This document shows, piece after piece, positions 27,358 to 38,207 of a stretch of DNA of 64,000 bases (position 1 is its first letter; each line of letters begins with the position of its first letter). The notes under the pieces are model-generated. The model did no database searches and was not told the DNA's origin. It worked only from the letters and a program-made list of their open reading frames with translations. Made by a program: the position numbers and the translations under genes. The DNA comes from Planctomycetota bacterium. GTDB taxonomy: Bacteria > Planctomycetota > UBA8108 > UBA1146 > JAJFFE01. Location: assembly GCA_046154185.1 (NCBI GenBank), contig JBJXGE010000032.1:139163-203162 (forward strand). The letters are read 5' to 3'.

Positions 27358-27846
27358 TCATTCCTCTTCGCGAGCGACCGCATCGCGACTCGAGCGGGGC
27401 GCGCGACCCTGCAAATACGATCGCGCCGGATTCACGAGAAATCGGCGCCGCACGGACTCGCGACCCAGCAGCATGCGAAATCCCATCGCATGCCGACTCG
27501 TCAGAGACAACTCGATCGGAAATCGTTCGTCGTTCAATTCCAACAATGTCGAGATCACCCAGCGCAGCTCTTGCTGGCCGCTCGAGTTTCGCACGTGCCG
27601 GCGATCGATCACCGGCGCGCGCGCGAGAATCGGCCGCGCATCGTCCTGTTGGTGGGGAAAAACTTTGAACCGCAAATAAAGCGTGCCGGCGCGCCGGTAC
27701 TCATTGACGTCGACGGCATGCAAGACGGACGTGCGCGCCCCGGTGTCGACTTTTGCTTCGAGCGACTTGATCGCGAGCTCCGGCAGACACACCCATTCAC
27801 GCCAGCCGATCACCGGGAGACTGCGCCGCCGGGGTGCATTCTTCAT
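27358..27846 (-). CDS. Retropepsin-like putative ATP-dependent zinc protease family protein (RimK-associated type)
   Basis: IGWREWVCLPELAIKSLEAKVDTGARTSVLHAVDV matches the conserved core of this family. Start set at MKNAPRRR. Confidence 0.6.
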   Translation of the reverse strand: MKNAPRRRSLPVIGWREWVCLPELAIKSLEAKVDTGARTSVLHAVDVNEYRRAGTLYLRFKVFPHQQDDARPILARAPVIDRRHVRNSSGQQELRWVISTLLELNDERFPIELSLTSRHAMGFRMLLGRESVRRRFLVNPARSYLQGRAPRSSRDAVAREEE

Positions 27847-27927
27847 TCGCGAATTCCACCTTGCGTTCGCGCGTACTGTCGCAACTCCGGACACGACCCG
27901 TCCGCACCGACGGTGCGACCGCGGCCA

Positions 27928-28785
27928 TCATGGGCAATTCGCCGCGCCACCGCAATCGAGCGTATCGCCGGAGGGGTCGATACCGCATAGCGGATACGGT
28001 GCCGGAAAGGCCGGCCCGCTCTCAAATAGGAAATTCAGGTGATAAACGGCATCGGCGAGATTGACTTGCCCGTCGTCGTTGCAATCGAGCGCATCCACGC
28101 ACGACGCACTCACGCCCTCGAAGAGCACCAGCAAAACTAACACGCTATCCGCGATGTTCAGGTTGCCGTTGCCGTTCGTGTCGCCACGGACAAAGGGTAA
28201 ACCAAGGTCCGGGACGAGCGAGACGAGACCACTGTCACCGGTTGCGAACCGCTCGGTCAAACCGATCACGACGACGTTTGCAACCGCCGGCGCGCCGAGC
28301 GTCGCGTCGTAATCGAGCGAGCTATCGACGCCGGTGAGATCGCCGATGAGCGCTGCGGCCTGCGTCGAGTAATCGAGCGAGAGCACGGGCTGGGCCGTAG
28401 GAAAGCTGATGGGCGTCGACATGTTGAACGTGTAGACGCAACCCACGGTGAACCCATCGATATAGGTATTCACGGCGAAAAATTCCGGGCCCGTGCCGCC
28501 GCTGAGCGCGGCGAGAACGCCAGTTGGCGCAACGCCATCGATGAGCAAATAAGTCTCGTCGTGCCGTACGCCGAGCGAGAGGGCCAGCGTGGCATTTGGA
28601 AAGCCGGCGCTCGATCCAAGTTCCGTGACGCTCGCGGAAATCGTGAAGCTCGCGACGCCATCCGCGGGTTCATATTCCACGGTGACATCCGGCAGCGAGA
28701 ACACAAAACCCTGCGCTTCTACCTGCGCCGTCGTCGCAACAATCAGCAACGCGAACCCAATGCAAACCGCTCTCGCCAGCCGCAT
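27928..28785 (-). CDS. Secreted hypothetical protein with C-terminal dockerin-type repeat
   Basis: Signal peptide MRLARAVCIGFALLIVATTAQVEA. GDTNGNGNLNIADSVLVLLVLF ... DCNDDGQVNLADAVYHLNFLF dockerin type-I-like repeats. Confidence 0.65.
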   Translation of the reverse strand: MRLARAVCIGFALLIVATTAQVEAQGFVFSLPDVTVEYEPADGVASFTISASVTELGSSAGFPNATLALSLGVRHDETYLLIDGVAPTGVLAALSGGTGPEFFAVNTYIDGFTVGCVYTFNMSTPISFPTAQPVLSLDYSTQAAALIGDLTGVDSSLDYDATLGAPAVANVVVIGLTERFATGDSGLVSLVPDLGLPFVRGDTNGNGNLNIADSVLVLLVLFEGVSASCVDALDCNDDGQVNLADAVYHLNFLFESGPAFPAPYPLCGIDPSGDTLDCGGAANCP

Positions 28786-29002
28786 GCCATCCTCGATTCA
28801 ATGGAGTATTCTTCGCCGCGCTCAACTTCACTGCTAAGTTGTCCGTCCGCGTGGTCGAGGTGCGTATCATATCCTGCGCGCGAAGTCGGTCGAGACGCTT
28901 TGGCGAGGCGCTCGCCGGGTCGAAAACTCGTCCGCCGTGCCCCGGCGACCGGCGCTGCGCGGAAAATTTGGACCGGATCTCGAAGGAGCAAGGCCGGCGC
29001 GT

Positions 29003-30103
29003 CTATACCGAAAATCTAAAGAACAGTACGTCGCCATCCTTCAACACGTAGTTCTTGCCTTCGACGCGCAAGAGCCCGGCGCTCTTGATCTGCGCTTCGC
29101 TGTGATGCCGCATCAAATCGTCGAAGTGGTAAACCTCGGCGCGAATAAAACCGCGCTCGAAATCACTGTGAATGACACCGGCTGCTTGCGGCGCCGTGGC
29201 GCCGACCGGAACGGTCCACGCCCGCACTTCCTTTTCACCGGCGGTAAAGAAAGTCTGCAAGCGCAACAGCTCATGACCGGCGCGGATGACGCGATCGAGT
29301 CCCGATTCGGCAAGGCCGAGCGCCGCCAGAAATTGCTGTTTGTCGGCGCCGCCGAGTTCGGCGACCTCCGCCTCGATCTTGCCGCATATCGCGATGACGC
29401 GCGCCCCATCGCGCTCCGCGTAATCCGCGACGCGCTGATAGAGCGGATTCGCCTCCACCGCGCCAAGATCGCTCTCATCGATGTTGGCAATGTAAAGCAC
29501 GGGCTTCGCGGTAATGAGATGCAAATCGCGGACGTCCGCGAGTTCTTCCTCTGAAAGTGAGAGCTGACGCACCGGCTTCCCAGCTTCGAGACCGGTCCGC
29601 ACCGTGCGGGCGACCGCTAACGCGCGCAGCGCGTCCGCGTCCGCGCCGCGCGTGCGCTTTTCGAGCGTCGACACCCGGCGGCTCACCGAGTCGAGGTCGG
29701 CCAGCATCAACTCCGTTTCGATCACCTCGATATCGCGAATCGGATCGACGCCGCCATCGACGTGCACGACGTTTGGATCGGCGAAGCAGCGCACGACGTG
29801 CGCGATGGCCTGCGTGTCGCGAATGTGGCCGAGGAACTGGTTGCCAAGCCCTTCGCCCTTCGAAGCCCCGCGCACGAGTCCGGCGATATCAACGAAAGTC
29901 ATCGAGGTCGGAATGATCTTCTGCGTCGGGATATATCGCGCGATGGCTTCGAGCCGCGGATCCGGCACTTGCACGATGCCCTTGTTCGGCTCGATCGTGC
30001 AGAACGGAAAATTGGCGGCCGCCGCGCCGGCGGACGTCAGCGCGTTGAAGATAGTCGACTTGCCGACGTTCGGCAGCCCAACGATTCCGCACTGAAATCC
30101 CAT
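29003..30103 (-). CDS. ychF: Ribosome-binding ATPase YchF (Obg-family GTPase)
   Basis: [19 protein letters not shown]-loop, TGS-like C-terminus. Confidence 0.9.
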   Translation of the reverse strand: MGFQCGIVGLPNVGKSTIFNALTSAGAAAANFPFCTIEPNKGIVQVPDPRLEAIARYIPTQKIIPTSMTFVDIAGLVRGASKGEGLGNQFLGHIRDTQAIAHVVRCFADPNVVHVDGGVDPIRDIEVIETELMLADLDSVSRRVSTLEKRTRGADADALRALAVARTVRTGLEAGKPVRQLSLSEEELADVRDLHLITAKPVLYIANIDESDLGAVEANPLYQRVADYAERDGARVIAICGKIEAEVAELGGADKQQFLAALGLAESGLDRVIRAGHELLRLQTFFTAGEKEVRAWTVPVGATAPQAAGVIHSDFERGFIRAEVYHFDDLMRHHSEAQIKSAGLLRVEGKNYVLKDGDVLFFRFSV

Positions 30104-30124
30104 TCGCCCTCTTCGTCTCTTTGA

Positions 30125-31648
30125 CTACAACGGAAGTGATTCTTCGGCGAGCTGAACCAAAGTGCGAACCGCGAAGCCCGAAGCGCCGCGCGGTCCGAGA
30201 TCGTGATCGCGCTCGATCCAGGCGCACGATGCGATGTCGAGATGCACCCATGGTACGTCGCCGGCAAAGCGCGACAGGAACGCCGCGGCAGTACAAGCAC
30301 CGCCAAAACGCCCGCCCGAGTTCTTGAGATCGGCGTGGTCGCTCTTCACGGCATCGAGATGCTCATCGTCGATCGGCATCGTCCACATTTTTTCGCCCAG
30401 GCGAGTGCCGAGCTCGGCGACGCGGCGCGCGAGTCGTTCGTCGCGACTGAAAACCCCCGCGCGCGAAGGTCCCAGAGCAACCGCGATCGAACCGGTCAGC
30501 GTCGCGACATCCACCAGCAAACTCGGTTCGTACTGCTGCGCGTAGTGGAGGGCGTCCGCCAAAGCCAAACGACCTTCGGCGTCCGTATTGATGATCTCGA
30601 TCGTGAGGCCGTTGGCGCTGCGCAGGATGTCGCCCGGTCGATAGGCGCCACCGTCCGGCATGTTCTCGGCCGTCGGCACGAGACCGATGACGCGGCGACG
30701 TGGCGCAATGCGTCCGATCGCCGCCATGGCGCCGATGACAGCGCCACCGCCGCACATGTCGTACTTCATGTCTTCCATGCCCTGCGCGGACTTGATGCTG
30801 ATGCCACCGCTATCGAAAGTCACCGCTTTGCCGACAAGCACCAGCGGCGGACGCCCGTCGCCGCGACGCGGCGCATGCTCGAGAATGATCAATCGCGGCG
30901 GTCGCCGACTCCCCTGCCCAACCGCCAGTAATGCTCGCATGCCCGCGCGCGCGAGTTGGCGCTCATCGAGCACTCGCGACTTGAGTCCGGCCTTGCGCGC
31001 CTCGACCCGCGCGCGCGCCGCGAGTTGCTCGGGACCTAAGTCGTTCGGCGGCAAATTGCCAAGCTCGCGACAAAGATTGATTCCGTACGCGAGCGCGTTT
31101 GCGCGCACGCTTCCATCACGTCGTTCGCTCGGAGTACTCGACTCCGAACTCTCGCAGAGAAGCAGCTCGCGGATCAGCGGACGCGCACTCGCATCACCGC
31201 TCTGCGACTTGTAGGTGAGAAATTTGTACGCGCCGAGCGCCGCGCCTTCCTCGACCAACGCGCGCAGTTCCGCGTGCGGAAGGGCGCGCGTGCGGGCAGT
31301 CGGAATGAGTAGCGCGGCCGTCTGCCCGGCCGTACGCGCGGCGGCGGCGGCGGCGATACCGGCGTAACGCCGAACGCGATCGGCCGTGAGGCTCTTCTTC
31401 TCGCCGAGGCCGATGAGCAACACGCGTTGCGCGCCCCGCTTACTCGGCGTGTGTAACAGAAGTCGCGTGCCTGCCGCTCCCGACAGATCGCCGCTGGCGA
31501 GGGCCGCGCGGGCGTCCGCCGGCACCCACTTCGCGGCGCCGGCATCGAGTTCCGCAGTCGCCGACGTTTGATAGACGGGCGCCATCAAGAGTGAAAGTCG
31601 GCGCGGGAGTCGCGTCGCCGGTTTATGAGTGATACGCATGTGGTTCAA
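30125..31648 (-). CDS. pepA: Leucyl aminopeptidase (M17 family)
   Basis: NTDAEGRLALADAL M17 signature and the binuclear-metal-site region. Confidence 0.9.
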   Translation of the reverse strand: MNHMRITHKPATRLPRRLSLLMAPVYQTSATAELDAGAAKWVPADARAALASGDLSGAAGTRLLLHTPSKRGAQRVLLIGLGEKKSLTADRVRRYAGIAAAAAARTAGQTAALLIPTARTRALPHAELRALVEEGAALGAYKFLTYKSQSGDASARPLIRELLLCESSESSTPSERRDGSVRANALAYGINLCRELGNLPPNDLGPEQLAARARVEARKAGLKSRVLDERQLARAGMRALLAVGQGSRRPPRLIILEHAPRRGDGRPPLVLVGKAVTFDSGGISIKSAQGMEDMKYDMCGGGAVIGAMAAIGRIAPRRRVIGLVPTAENMPDGGAYRPGDILRSANGLTIEIINTDAEGRLALADALHYAQQYEPSLLVDVATLTGSIAVALGPSRAGVFSRDERLARRVAELGTRLGEKMWTMPIDDEHLDAVKSDHADLKNSGGRFGGACTAAAFLSRFAGDVPWVHLDIASCAWIERDHDLGPRGASGFAVRTLVQLAEESLPL

Positions 31649-31666
31649 TTCTGGTGGACGAGTTGA

Positions 31667-32854
31667 TCAATCGCGGCCCGCACGCGAAACCTCGAGCGCG
31701 AGTCCCATGCCGCCCGAGATGCACAAGGTTGCGAGGCCGCGCTCGACACCGCGGCGACGCATTTCATGGAGCAACGTGACGACGATGCGCGCGCCGGTGG
31801 CGCCAATCGGATGCCCGAGTGCAATGGCGCCACCGCTCACATTGAGACGCGCGCGATCCAGTCTGAGCTCGCGATCGCACGCGATCACCTGCGCCGCGAA
31901 TGCTTCGTTCAACTCCACGAGTGGATAGTCGTCGAGTCGGCGGCCGTTCGCCGCCAACAACTTTCGCAGCGCCGGCACGGGTCCCATGCCCATGCGCCGC
32001 GGCTCGACGCCGGCGCGCGCGGAGTGGCCGATCTCTCCGATCGGACTCACGCCCAAGCGCCGCGCCGCGTCTTCCGAGGCGAGCAACACCGCGGCGGCGC
32101 CATCGGTGATGCCGGACGAATTGCCGGGATGCACCGTACCGTTGTCGCGAAACACTGGCTTCAGTTTCGCCAACGACGCGAGCGTCGCGCCATCGCGCGG
32201 ATGCTCGTCGGTGTCGATGCGAACCAGGTTCTTCCCGCCCGCGATTTCGACCGCCTCGATCTCGTCGCGAAACGCACCGCGCTGGCGCGCCGCTTCACAG
32301 CGAAGCTGCGACTCGAGGGCGTACTGATCCTGCTCCTCGCGCGAGATGTGAAACTCATCCGCAAGATTCTCGGCGGTCGCCCCCATGAGCTGATCGGCGA
32401 GCGGACAATGAAATCCATCGCGGTACATACCATCGACAAGTTGTCCGTGGCCGAGCCGATAACCGGTGCGCGCGTCCTCCAGATAAAACGGCATGCGCGA
32501 CATGCTCTCAGCGCCGCCCGCCACGACGACCTGCGCGTCGCCGCGGCGGATCGCGTCGGCGCCGTGGATGATCGACAACAACCCCGAGCCGCACGCCATA
32601 TTCACCGTATACGCCGTCGTCGCCACCGGGAGGCCGGCGCCGATGGCCACCTGGCGCGCGGGGTTCGGTCCCGAACCGGCTTGGCGTCCAACGCCGAAAA
32701 TCAACTCATCGATTTGATCGGCGCGAACGCCGATGCGTGCGAGCAGCGGCTTCACGACCCGCACGCCGAGCTGCGGCGCGCTGAGGGATGACAGTCCGCC
32801 GAGAAACTTGCCGATGGGCGTTCGCAAGGCGCCCAACACCACGACGCGAATCAT
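31667..32854 (-). CDS. Acetyl-CoA acetyltransferase / 3-ketoacyl-CoA thiolase
   Basis: Thiolase signatures (MACGSGLLSI, NVSGGAIALGHPIGATGARI, CISGGMGLA). Confidence 0.9.
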   Translation of the reverse strand: MIRVVVLGALRTPIGKFLGGLSSLSAPQLGVRVVKPLLARIGVRADQIDELIFGVGRQAGSGPNPARQVAIGAGLPVATTAYTVNMACGSGLLSIIHGADAIRRGDAQVVVAGGAESMSRMPFYLEDARTGYRLGHGQLVDGMYRDGFHCPLADQLMGATAENLADEFHISREEQDQYALESQLRCEAARQRGAFRDEIEAVEIAGGKNLVRIDTDEHPRDGATLASLAKLKPVFRDNGTVHPGNSSGITDGAAAVLLASEDAARRLGVSPIGEIGHSARAGVEPRRMGMGPVPALRKLLAANGRRLDDYPLVELNEAFAAQVIACDRELRLDRARLNVSGGAIALGHPIGATGARIVVTLLHEMRRRGVERGLATLCISGGMGLALEVSRAGRD

Positions 32855-33990
32855 GTCGTCGCTCCGATCCAGGTGTCCGCTACGATCAGTCGTTGTGCGT
32901 GATTCACGCCGCCCATGACCTCCAGCATCTTCGCATCGCGATACATGCGCTCGACCGGGTATTCGCGGGAGAAGCCGTTGCCGCCCAAAATCTGCACGGC
33001 GTCTTTCGCGATCTGGTAGGCGGTCTCGCTCGCGAAGTACTTCGCTTGCGCCGCTTCCGCGATCGCCGGCTCGTTGCGATCGAGCACGGCGGCGGCGCGA
33101 TAGGTCAAGAGTCGCGCGGCCTCGGCCGTCGCCACTGCGGCGCCAAACTTGAGTCGCAGCGCCTCGAAGCGATCGATCGTGACGCCGAAAGCGCGCCGCT
33201 GCGCCGCGTAGCCGCGCGCGTAGACGATCGCGGTGCGGCTCAGGCCGTTCGCCAGCGCGGCGAGTGCGACGCTCGCAGTGGCGCCGACGCGCGCGAGTTG
33301 CGCCGGCGTCAACGGTCCGCTCCCGAGCCGCGCGCTGGCGTCGACGCGCACGGCAGCGAGATTCACGTCCGCCAATTCGCCGCCGCGCAACCCGAGTAGA
33401 TCGGCGTCCTCGGCGACTGTGAGGCCGGCGGCGTGCGCGCGTTCAACGATGAAGAGTTCCGGCTCACCGGTCGACGCACCCGTGCCGACGACGACTACGA
33501 ACACGTCGGCGCGGCGCGCGGCGGCGACGAGGCGCTTGCGACCATGCAACAGGATCGCGTCCGATTCCGCGTCGCGCTCGGCGCGCGCGGTCAAGACTCC
33601 GGGCGTCGCGAGTTTCTCCAGATGTGCCCACGCCGCGGCGCGGCGACCGCTCGCGAGTTCCGGAAGCCAACGCGCCTTTTGCTCGGCGCTACCGTGCGCC
33701 GCTATCGCCAAGCTCGCGCACGCATGACTCGCGACCGCGACGGCGGTTCCCGCGCAGCCGCGCGCGAGCTCCTCCAGAATGATGATCTGCATCAACAGGT
33801 CGCCACCAGTGCCGCCATACGCTTCCGGCAACGCGGCGCCGAGGAGGCCCAACGCGCCCAATCGCGCGAGTTGATCCTCGGCGCTCCGACCGCTTTGATC
33901 GACATGCTCGGCGTTTGGTGAGAGTTCGTGGTCGGCGAAGTCCGCAACCATGTCACGGATGGCTTGATGCTCGTCGCTGAAACGGATCAA
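32851..33990 (-). CDS. Acyl-CoA dehydrogenase family protein
   Basis: ACAD C-terminal motif YQIAKDAVQILGGNGFSREYPVERMYRDAK. 4-bp overlap with the downstream thiolase. Confidence 0.85.
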   Translation of the reverse strand: MIRFSDEHQAIRDMVADFADHELSPNAEHVDQSGRSAEDQLARLGALGLLGAALPEAYGGTGGDLLMQIIILEELARGCAGTAVAVASHACASLAIAAHGSAEQKARWLPELASGRRAAAWAHLEKLATPGVLTARAERDAESDAILLHGRKRLVAAARRADVFVVVVGTGASTGEPELFIVERAHAAGLTVAEDADLLGLRGGELADVNLAAVRVDASARLGSGPLTPAQLARVGATASVALAALANGLSRTAIVYARGYAAQRRAFGVTIDRFEALRLKFGAAVATAEAARLLTYRAAAVLDRNEPAIAEAAQAKYFASETAYQIAKDAVQILGGNGFSREYPVERMYRDAKMLEVMGGVNHAQRLIVADTWIGATT

Positions 33991-34964
33991 TGTTCCGTCC
34001 TATCTCGGCCCCCGCTTTGGTCGCCACGCACGAGCTCCGCGATCACGTCCGCAAAATCGCGGCGCCCGGTTGCAATTTCGCGCGCCAACGCGCTCGCGCG
34101 CACCCGTCCCCCGCCGCGTGACCAACCGCTCTCGATCCACTGTGCTTCTGCTCGCTCGATCAAGCGGCGCTCAAGGCGCGCCGTCAGGCGGTCGGAAGCT
34201 GACGCCTGCCGCACAGTAGCTGCGGTCTCGCCCATCGCTTGCACGAGTGCTTCGATGCCGGCACCGGTGTTCGCGCTCACTGCGAGCGGCTCGGGCGCTC
34301 CGCGCTCGTGCGCCAACTCGCGCAAGAGGCCAACGGTCTCGTCCGCACCGGGTCGATCGCACTTGTTCACAACAATTCGGTGCACCAGTTCCAAGAGCCC
34401 GGCTTTCAAGTACTGCACGACATCTCCTGAATCCGGCGCCACCAACAGATGTATCTCGTCGGCAACCGCGACAATTCCCAGCTCCAACTGACCGACACCG
34501 ACGGTCTCGATCAACACGAGTGTGAAACCGGCGCAAGCGAGTAACTCCGCCGCTTCGTCGCAAGCGACGGCGACACCCCCGACCGCACCACGACTCGCAA
34601 AGCTGCGGATGTACACACCGTCGTCGTTGGCGTGACCGCCCATGCGCACGCGGTCGCCTAGCACCGCACCCCCCGTGATCGGACTTGTCGGGTCGACGGC
34701 CAGTACCGCGACGCGTTCACCGCGCGCGCGCAACTCGACGATCAACCGCGCCGTCACCGAGCTCTTGCCGACCCCGGGAGCACCCGTGATGCCGAATCGC
34801 ACACACTTCGCCAGCCGCGGTTCATTGCCGGCCCGCAGCGCGGTCAGCAACGCATCCGTTTGCGGATGGCGATTCTCGATCCACGTCAGCGCACGCCCCA
34901 GCTCGCGCCGGGCGCCGCTTCGCACTCCCGCCACCACCGCGCTCAGCTCGAGCTCGACGGTCAC
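33987..34964 (-). CDS. meaB: Methylmalonyl-CoA mutase-associated G-protein MeaB/ArgK family
   Basis: GITGAPGVGKSSVTARL P-loop and TSPITGGAVLGDRVRM switch region typical of MeaB. 4-bp overlaps with both flanking ACAD genes. Confidence 0.85.
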   Translation of the reverse strand: MTVELELSAVVAGVRSGARRELGRALTWIENRHPQTDALLTALRAGNEPRLAKCVRFGITGAPGVGKSSVTARLIVELRARGERVAVLAVDPTSPITGGAVLGDRVRMGGHANDDGVYIRSFASRGAVGGVAVACDEAAELLACAGFTLVLIETVGVGQLELGIVAVADEIHLLVAPDSGDVVQYLKAGLLELVHRIVVNKCDRPGADETVGLLRELAHERGAPEPLAVSANTGAGIEALVQAMGETAATVRQASASDRLTARLERRLIERAEAQWIESGWSRGGGRVRASALAREIATGRRDFADVIAELVRGDQSGGRDRTEH

Positions 34965-36103
34965 GCTGGTCGCGCATTCTTCAGAGTCTGCCGCGCGATC
35001 ACGAGTCTCTGAATCTCGCTCGTGCCCTCGTAGATCTCCGTGATGCGCGCGTCGCGAAACAAGCGATCAACGCTCGCGCCGCGACAAATCCCTTCACCGC
35101 CGTGAATCTGCACAGCTTCGCGCGCCGCGCGATTCGACGTTTCGGAGGCGTAGAGTTTCGCTTTTGACGCCTCGACCGAGTGCGGCCGGCCGCGGTCCTT
35201 GAGACTCGCGGCACGGTAAGTCAGCAGGCGGGCGGCATCGATTTCCATCGCCATGTCCGCCAGCTTGTGCTGCAGCGCTTGTGAATGCTGGAGCGATTCG
35301 TTGCGCTCGAGGTAGCGAAGCGAAGCCTCGAGGCACGCTTGCGCAATGCCGACCGCCTGGGTCGCAATACCAATGCGACCTCCATCCAACGTATGCATCG
35401 CGATCTTGAAACCCTGTCCCTCCTCACCGAGCAAGTTCTCGACCGGGACTTCGAGATCCTCGAACACGAGCTGTACGGTGTCCGAGCCGCGAATGCCGAG
35501 TTTCAGCTCCTTCTTGCCAACTTGAAAACCGCTGAACTCGCGCTCGACGATAAACGCGCAGATGCCCTTCGGCCCTTTCGCGGCATCGAGAGTCGCAAAA
35601 GTGATCACGACGTCGGCCTTCGAGCCGTTGGTGATCCACGCTTTGGTGCCATTCAAAATGTATTTGTTGCCGGCGCGCCGGCAGGTCGTTTCGATCGCCG
35701 CCGCATCGGAGCCGTGATTCGGCTCAGTGATGGCGTACGCGCCAAGGCTTTTTCCGGACGCCAGGCGCGGCAAGTACCGCGCGCATTGGGCCGGGTTCCC
35801 GAAGGTGATGAGCGGATGCGTGAGCAGCGAATTGTGCACCGAGACCGTGACACCGGTCGATGCGCAACCGCGATGAATTTCTTCGAGCGCGCAAGTCAAG
35901 CCGACCGTGTCGAGTCCGAGTCCGCCCATCTGCTCGGAGACTAAGATGCCGAGAAACCCGAGTCCGGCGAGTTTCTCGATCTGCTCGGCGGGAAACTCCT
36001 CGTTGCGATCGTAGCGATCAGCACTCGGCATCAAGATCTTGTCGGCAAACTCCCGGGCCATGTCCTGTAGCTGAAGGTGTTTTTGACTCAGCTCGAAGTT
36101 CAT
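34961..36103 (-). CDS. Short/branched-chain acyl-CoA dehydrogenase
   Basis: ACAD N-, middle- and C-domain motifs (GYAITEPNHGSDAA, QIHGGEGICRGASVDRLFRDARITEIYEGTSEIQ). Confidence 0.9.
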   Translation of the reverse strand: MNFELSQKHLQLQDMAREFADKILMPSADRYDRNEEFPAEQIEKLAGLGFLGILVSEQMGGLGLDTVGLTCALEEIHRGCASTGVTVSVHNSLLTHPLITFGNPAQCARYLPRLASGKSLGAYAITEPNHGSDAAAIETTCRRAGNKYILNGTKAWITNGSKADVVITFATLDAAKGPKGICAFIVEREFSGFQVGKKELKLGIRGSDTVQLVFEDLEVPVENLLGEEGQGFKIAMHTLDGGRIGIATQAVGIAQACLEASLRYLERNESLQHSQALQHKLADMAMEIDAARLLTYRAASLKDRGRPHSVEASKAKLYASETSNRAAREAVQIHGGEGICRGASVDRLFRDARITEIYEGTSEIQRLVIARQTLKNARPA

Positions 36104-36137
36104 GGCGATCCTCTGTTCTCGACTTTCGCTCGATGCT

Positions 36138-37013
36138 TTACGCGCGTACCGCTGAGTATTCGAAGAAACCGCGTCCTGACTTCCGTCCTAGATGCCCGGC
36201 CGCCACCATGCGACGCAATAACGGGCAAGCGCGATACTTCGGGTCCCCAAGTCCGGTATGAAGTACTTCTAGAATGTGCAGGCAAACATCGAGGCCGATG
36301 AAGTCGGCTAACGTGAGCGGACCCATCGGATGGTTCATGCCAAGCTTCATGACGTCGTCGATCGCTTGCGGAGTCGCGACGCCTTCCATGACACAGAACA
36401 TCGCCTCGTTCAGCATCGGCATCAACACGCGATTCGAGACGAAGCCGGGGTAGTCGGTGGACTCGACCGGCGTTTTGCCGAGTGCGAGCGCCACTTCGCG
36501 AATCGCCTTCGCCGTGGCATCGCTCGTTGAATGACCGCGAATCACTTCGATTAACTTCATGAGCGGCACCGGATTCATGAAGTGCATCCCAATGAACTGC
36601 GCTGGTCGGCCGGTCGCCGTGGCGAGGCTCGTGATGGAGATTGAAGATGTGTTTGAAGCGATGATCGCCGCCGGCGCAAGTAACTCGTCGAGCTGATGAT
36701 GAATGTCGAGTTTCAGCGTGCGCTGCTCCGGAACCGCCTCGATCGCGAGCTGCGCGTCGACTGCGGAATCGAGTGTCGGCGCGAAGTGGAGCCGCGCGAG
36801 CGCCGCCGTCGTCTGCTCGAGCGTGAGCTTGCCCTTTTGGACCAGCTTCTCGAGGCTCTTCTCGATGCCGACCTTGGCGCGCGTTAGCGCCGTCTCGAAC
36901 GGATCGATCAGCGTCACCGTGTAACCGCCCGTCGCGAACACCTGGGCGATACCATTGCCCATGGTGCCGGCGCCGACCACCGCCACGTTGCGCAAGCTCT
37001 CGAGAAAACTCAT
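36138..37013 (-). CDS. hbd: 3-hydroxybutyryl-CoA / 3-hydroxyacyl-CoA dehydrogenase
   Basis: [18 protein letters not shown] Rossmann motif and the 3HCDH C-terminal domain. Start set at MSFLESL; the ORF begins 7 codons earlier. Confidence 0.9.
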   Translation of the reverse strand: MSFLESLRNVAVVGAGTMGNGIAQVFATGGYTVTLIDPFETALTRAKVGIEKSLEKLVQKGKLTLEQTTAALARLHFAPTLDSAVDAQLAIEAVPEQRTLKLDIHHQLDELLAPAAIIASNTSSISITSLATATGRPAQFIGMHFMNPVPLMKLIEVIRGHSTSDATAKAIREVALALGKTPVESTDYPGFVSNRVLMPMLNEAMFCVMEGVATPQAIDDVMKLGMNHPMGPLTLADFIGLDVCLHILEVLHTGLGDPKYRACPLLRRMVAAGHLGRKSGRGFFEYSAVRA

Positions 37014-37214
37014 CTTGTCTCCCACCAAATTCATGGTGTCACTGACCCGCCGACGCCAACTCGCTCGGGCTCATCTTTCCCAGCTCGAGCGGAAGTCAAA
37101 AAATGGCTTGGGATTGTAAGAATCGCCTCGCGCTGTTTCAAGCCGACTGGATTGCCGCGAAGCAACCGAGTATGCAGGTCAACTCGTCGAATGTTCGCGA
37201 GAGGATGCCACTTC

Positions 37215-38201
37215 ATGATCGAAGCGGAGCAGCTTAGCAAGACCTTTAGGGTGCCAAAAAAACTTCCCGGGCTCAAAGGCTCGCTGCGCGCACTCTTTCG
37301 CCGCGAGTCGGTCGAGCGCGAGGCCGTCAAGTCCGCAACGTTTCACGTCGGCGAAGGCGAGATCGTCGGACTCGTCGGCGCCAACGGCGCCGGCAAGACC
37401 ACGCTCGTAAAAATGCTGGCCGGGATCATCCATCCGACGGCAGGCACGGCGCGAGTGCTCGGCCACGTGCCGTGGCGGCGCGAGAACGGGTTGCGGCGAC
37501 AGATGGCGCTCATTATGGGCCAGAAGGCGCAACTTTGGTGGGATCTCCCGGCGGCCGATTGCTTCTTGCTGCTCAAAGAGATCTATCAACTGGCGGAGCC
37601 GGTTTTTCGCGCGAATCTCGACTATTTGACGGAAGTGCTCGGCGTTCGCGATCAGCTCCATGTGCAAATCCGGCGACTCTCGCTCGGCGAGCGCATGAAA
37701 ATGGAATTGATCGCCGCGCTCCTACACGGCCCGCGCGTCGTTTACCTCGACGAACCGACGATTGGGCTCGACCTCACGGCGCAACGCGCGATTCGCGATT
37801 TTCTGCTGCGCTATCGAGAAGAGCATCGGCCGGCGATGCTCCTCACGAGTCACTACATGGAGGACATTGAGCGACTCTGCCAGCGCATCATCATTCTGCG
37901 CGCCGGCGAAATCGTCTACGACGGATCGCTGAGCGGCGTCGCGGAGGTTTACTCGGCGCACAAGATCGTCTGCGCGCATCTGCGCAAGTCGGACGGCGAG
38001 CTGCCGCGCCCGGACTCCTGGAGCGCCTACGGCGAGATCGTGCGCTGCGAGCCACACGAAGTGAGGCTGCGCGTGCCGCGCCAACAAGTCGCCGCCGCCG
38101 CCGCCGCGCTGCTCGCCGCGTTGCCGGTCGCCGATCTCAGCATCGAAGAAGTCGATATCGCCACCGTCATCGAAGAACTCATTCGCGAGCGACAGAAGTA
38201 G
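37215..38201 (+). CDS. ABC transporter ATP-binding protein
   Basis: Walker A GANGAGKTT, ABC signature LSLGERMKM, Walker B VVYLDEPT. Confidence 0.85.
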   Translation: MIEAEQLSKTFRVPKKLPGLKGSLRALFRRESVEREAVKSATFHVGEGEIVGLVGANGAGKTTLVKMLAGIIHPTAGTARVLGHVPWRRENGLRRQMALIMGQKAQLWWDLPAADCFLLLKEIYQLAEPVFRANLDYLTEVLGVRDQLHVQIRRLSLGERMKMELIAALLHGPRVVYLDEPTIGLDLTAQRAIRDFLLRYREEHRPAMLLTSHYMEDIERLCQRIIILRAGEIVYDGSLSGVAEVYSAHKIVCAHLRKSDGELPRPDSWSAYGEIVRCEPHEVRLRVPRQQVAAAAAALLAALPVADLSIEEVDIATVIEELIRERQK

Positions 38202-38207
38202 CCGATC

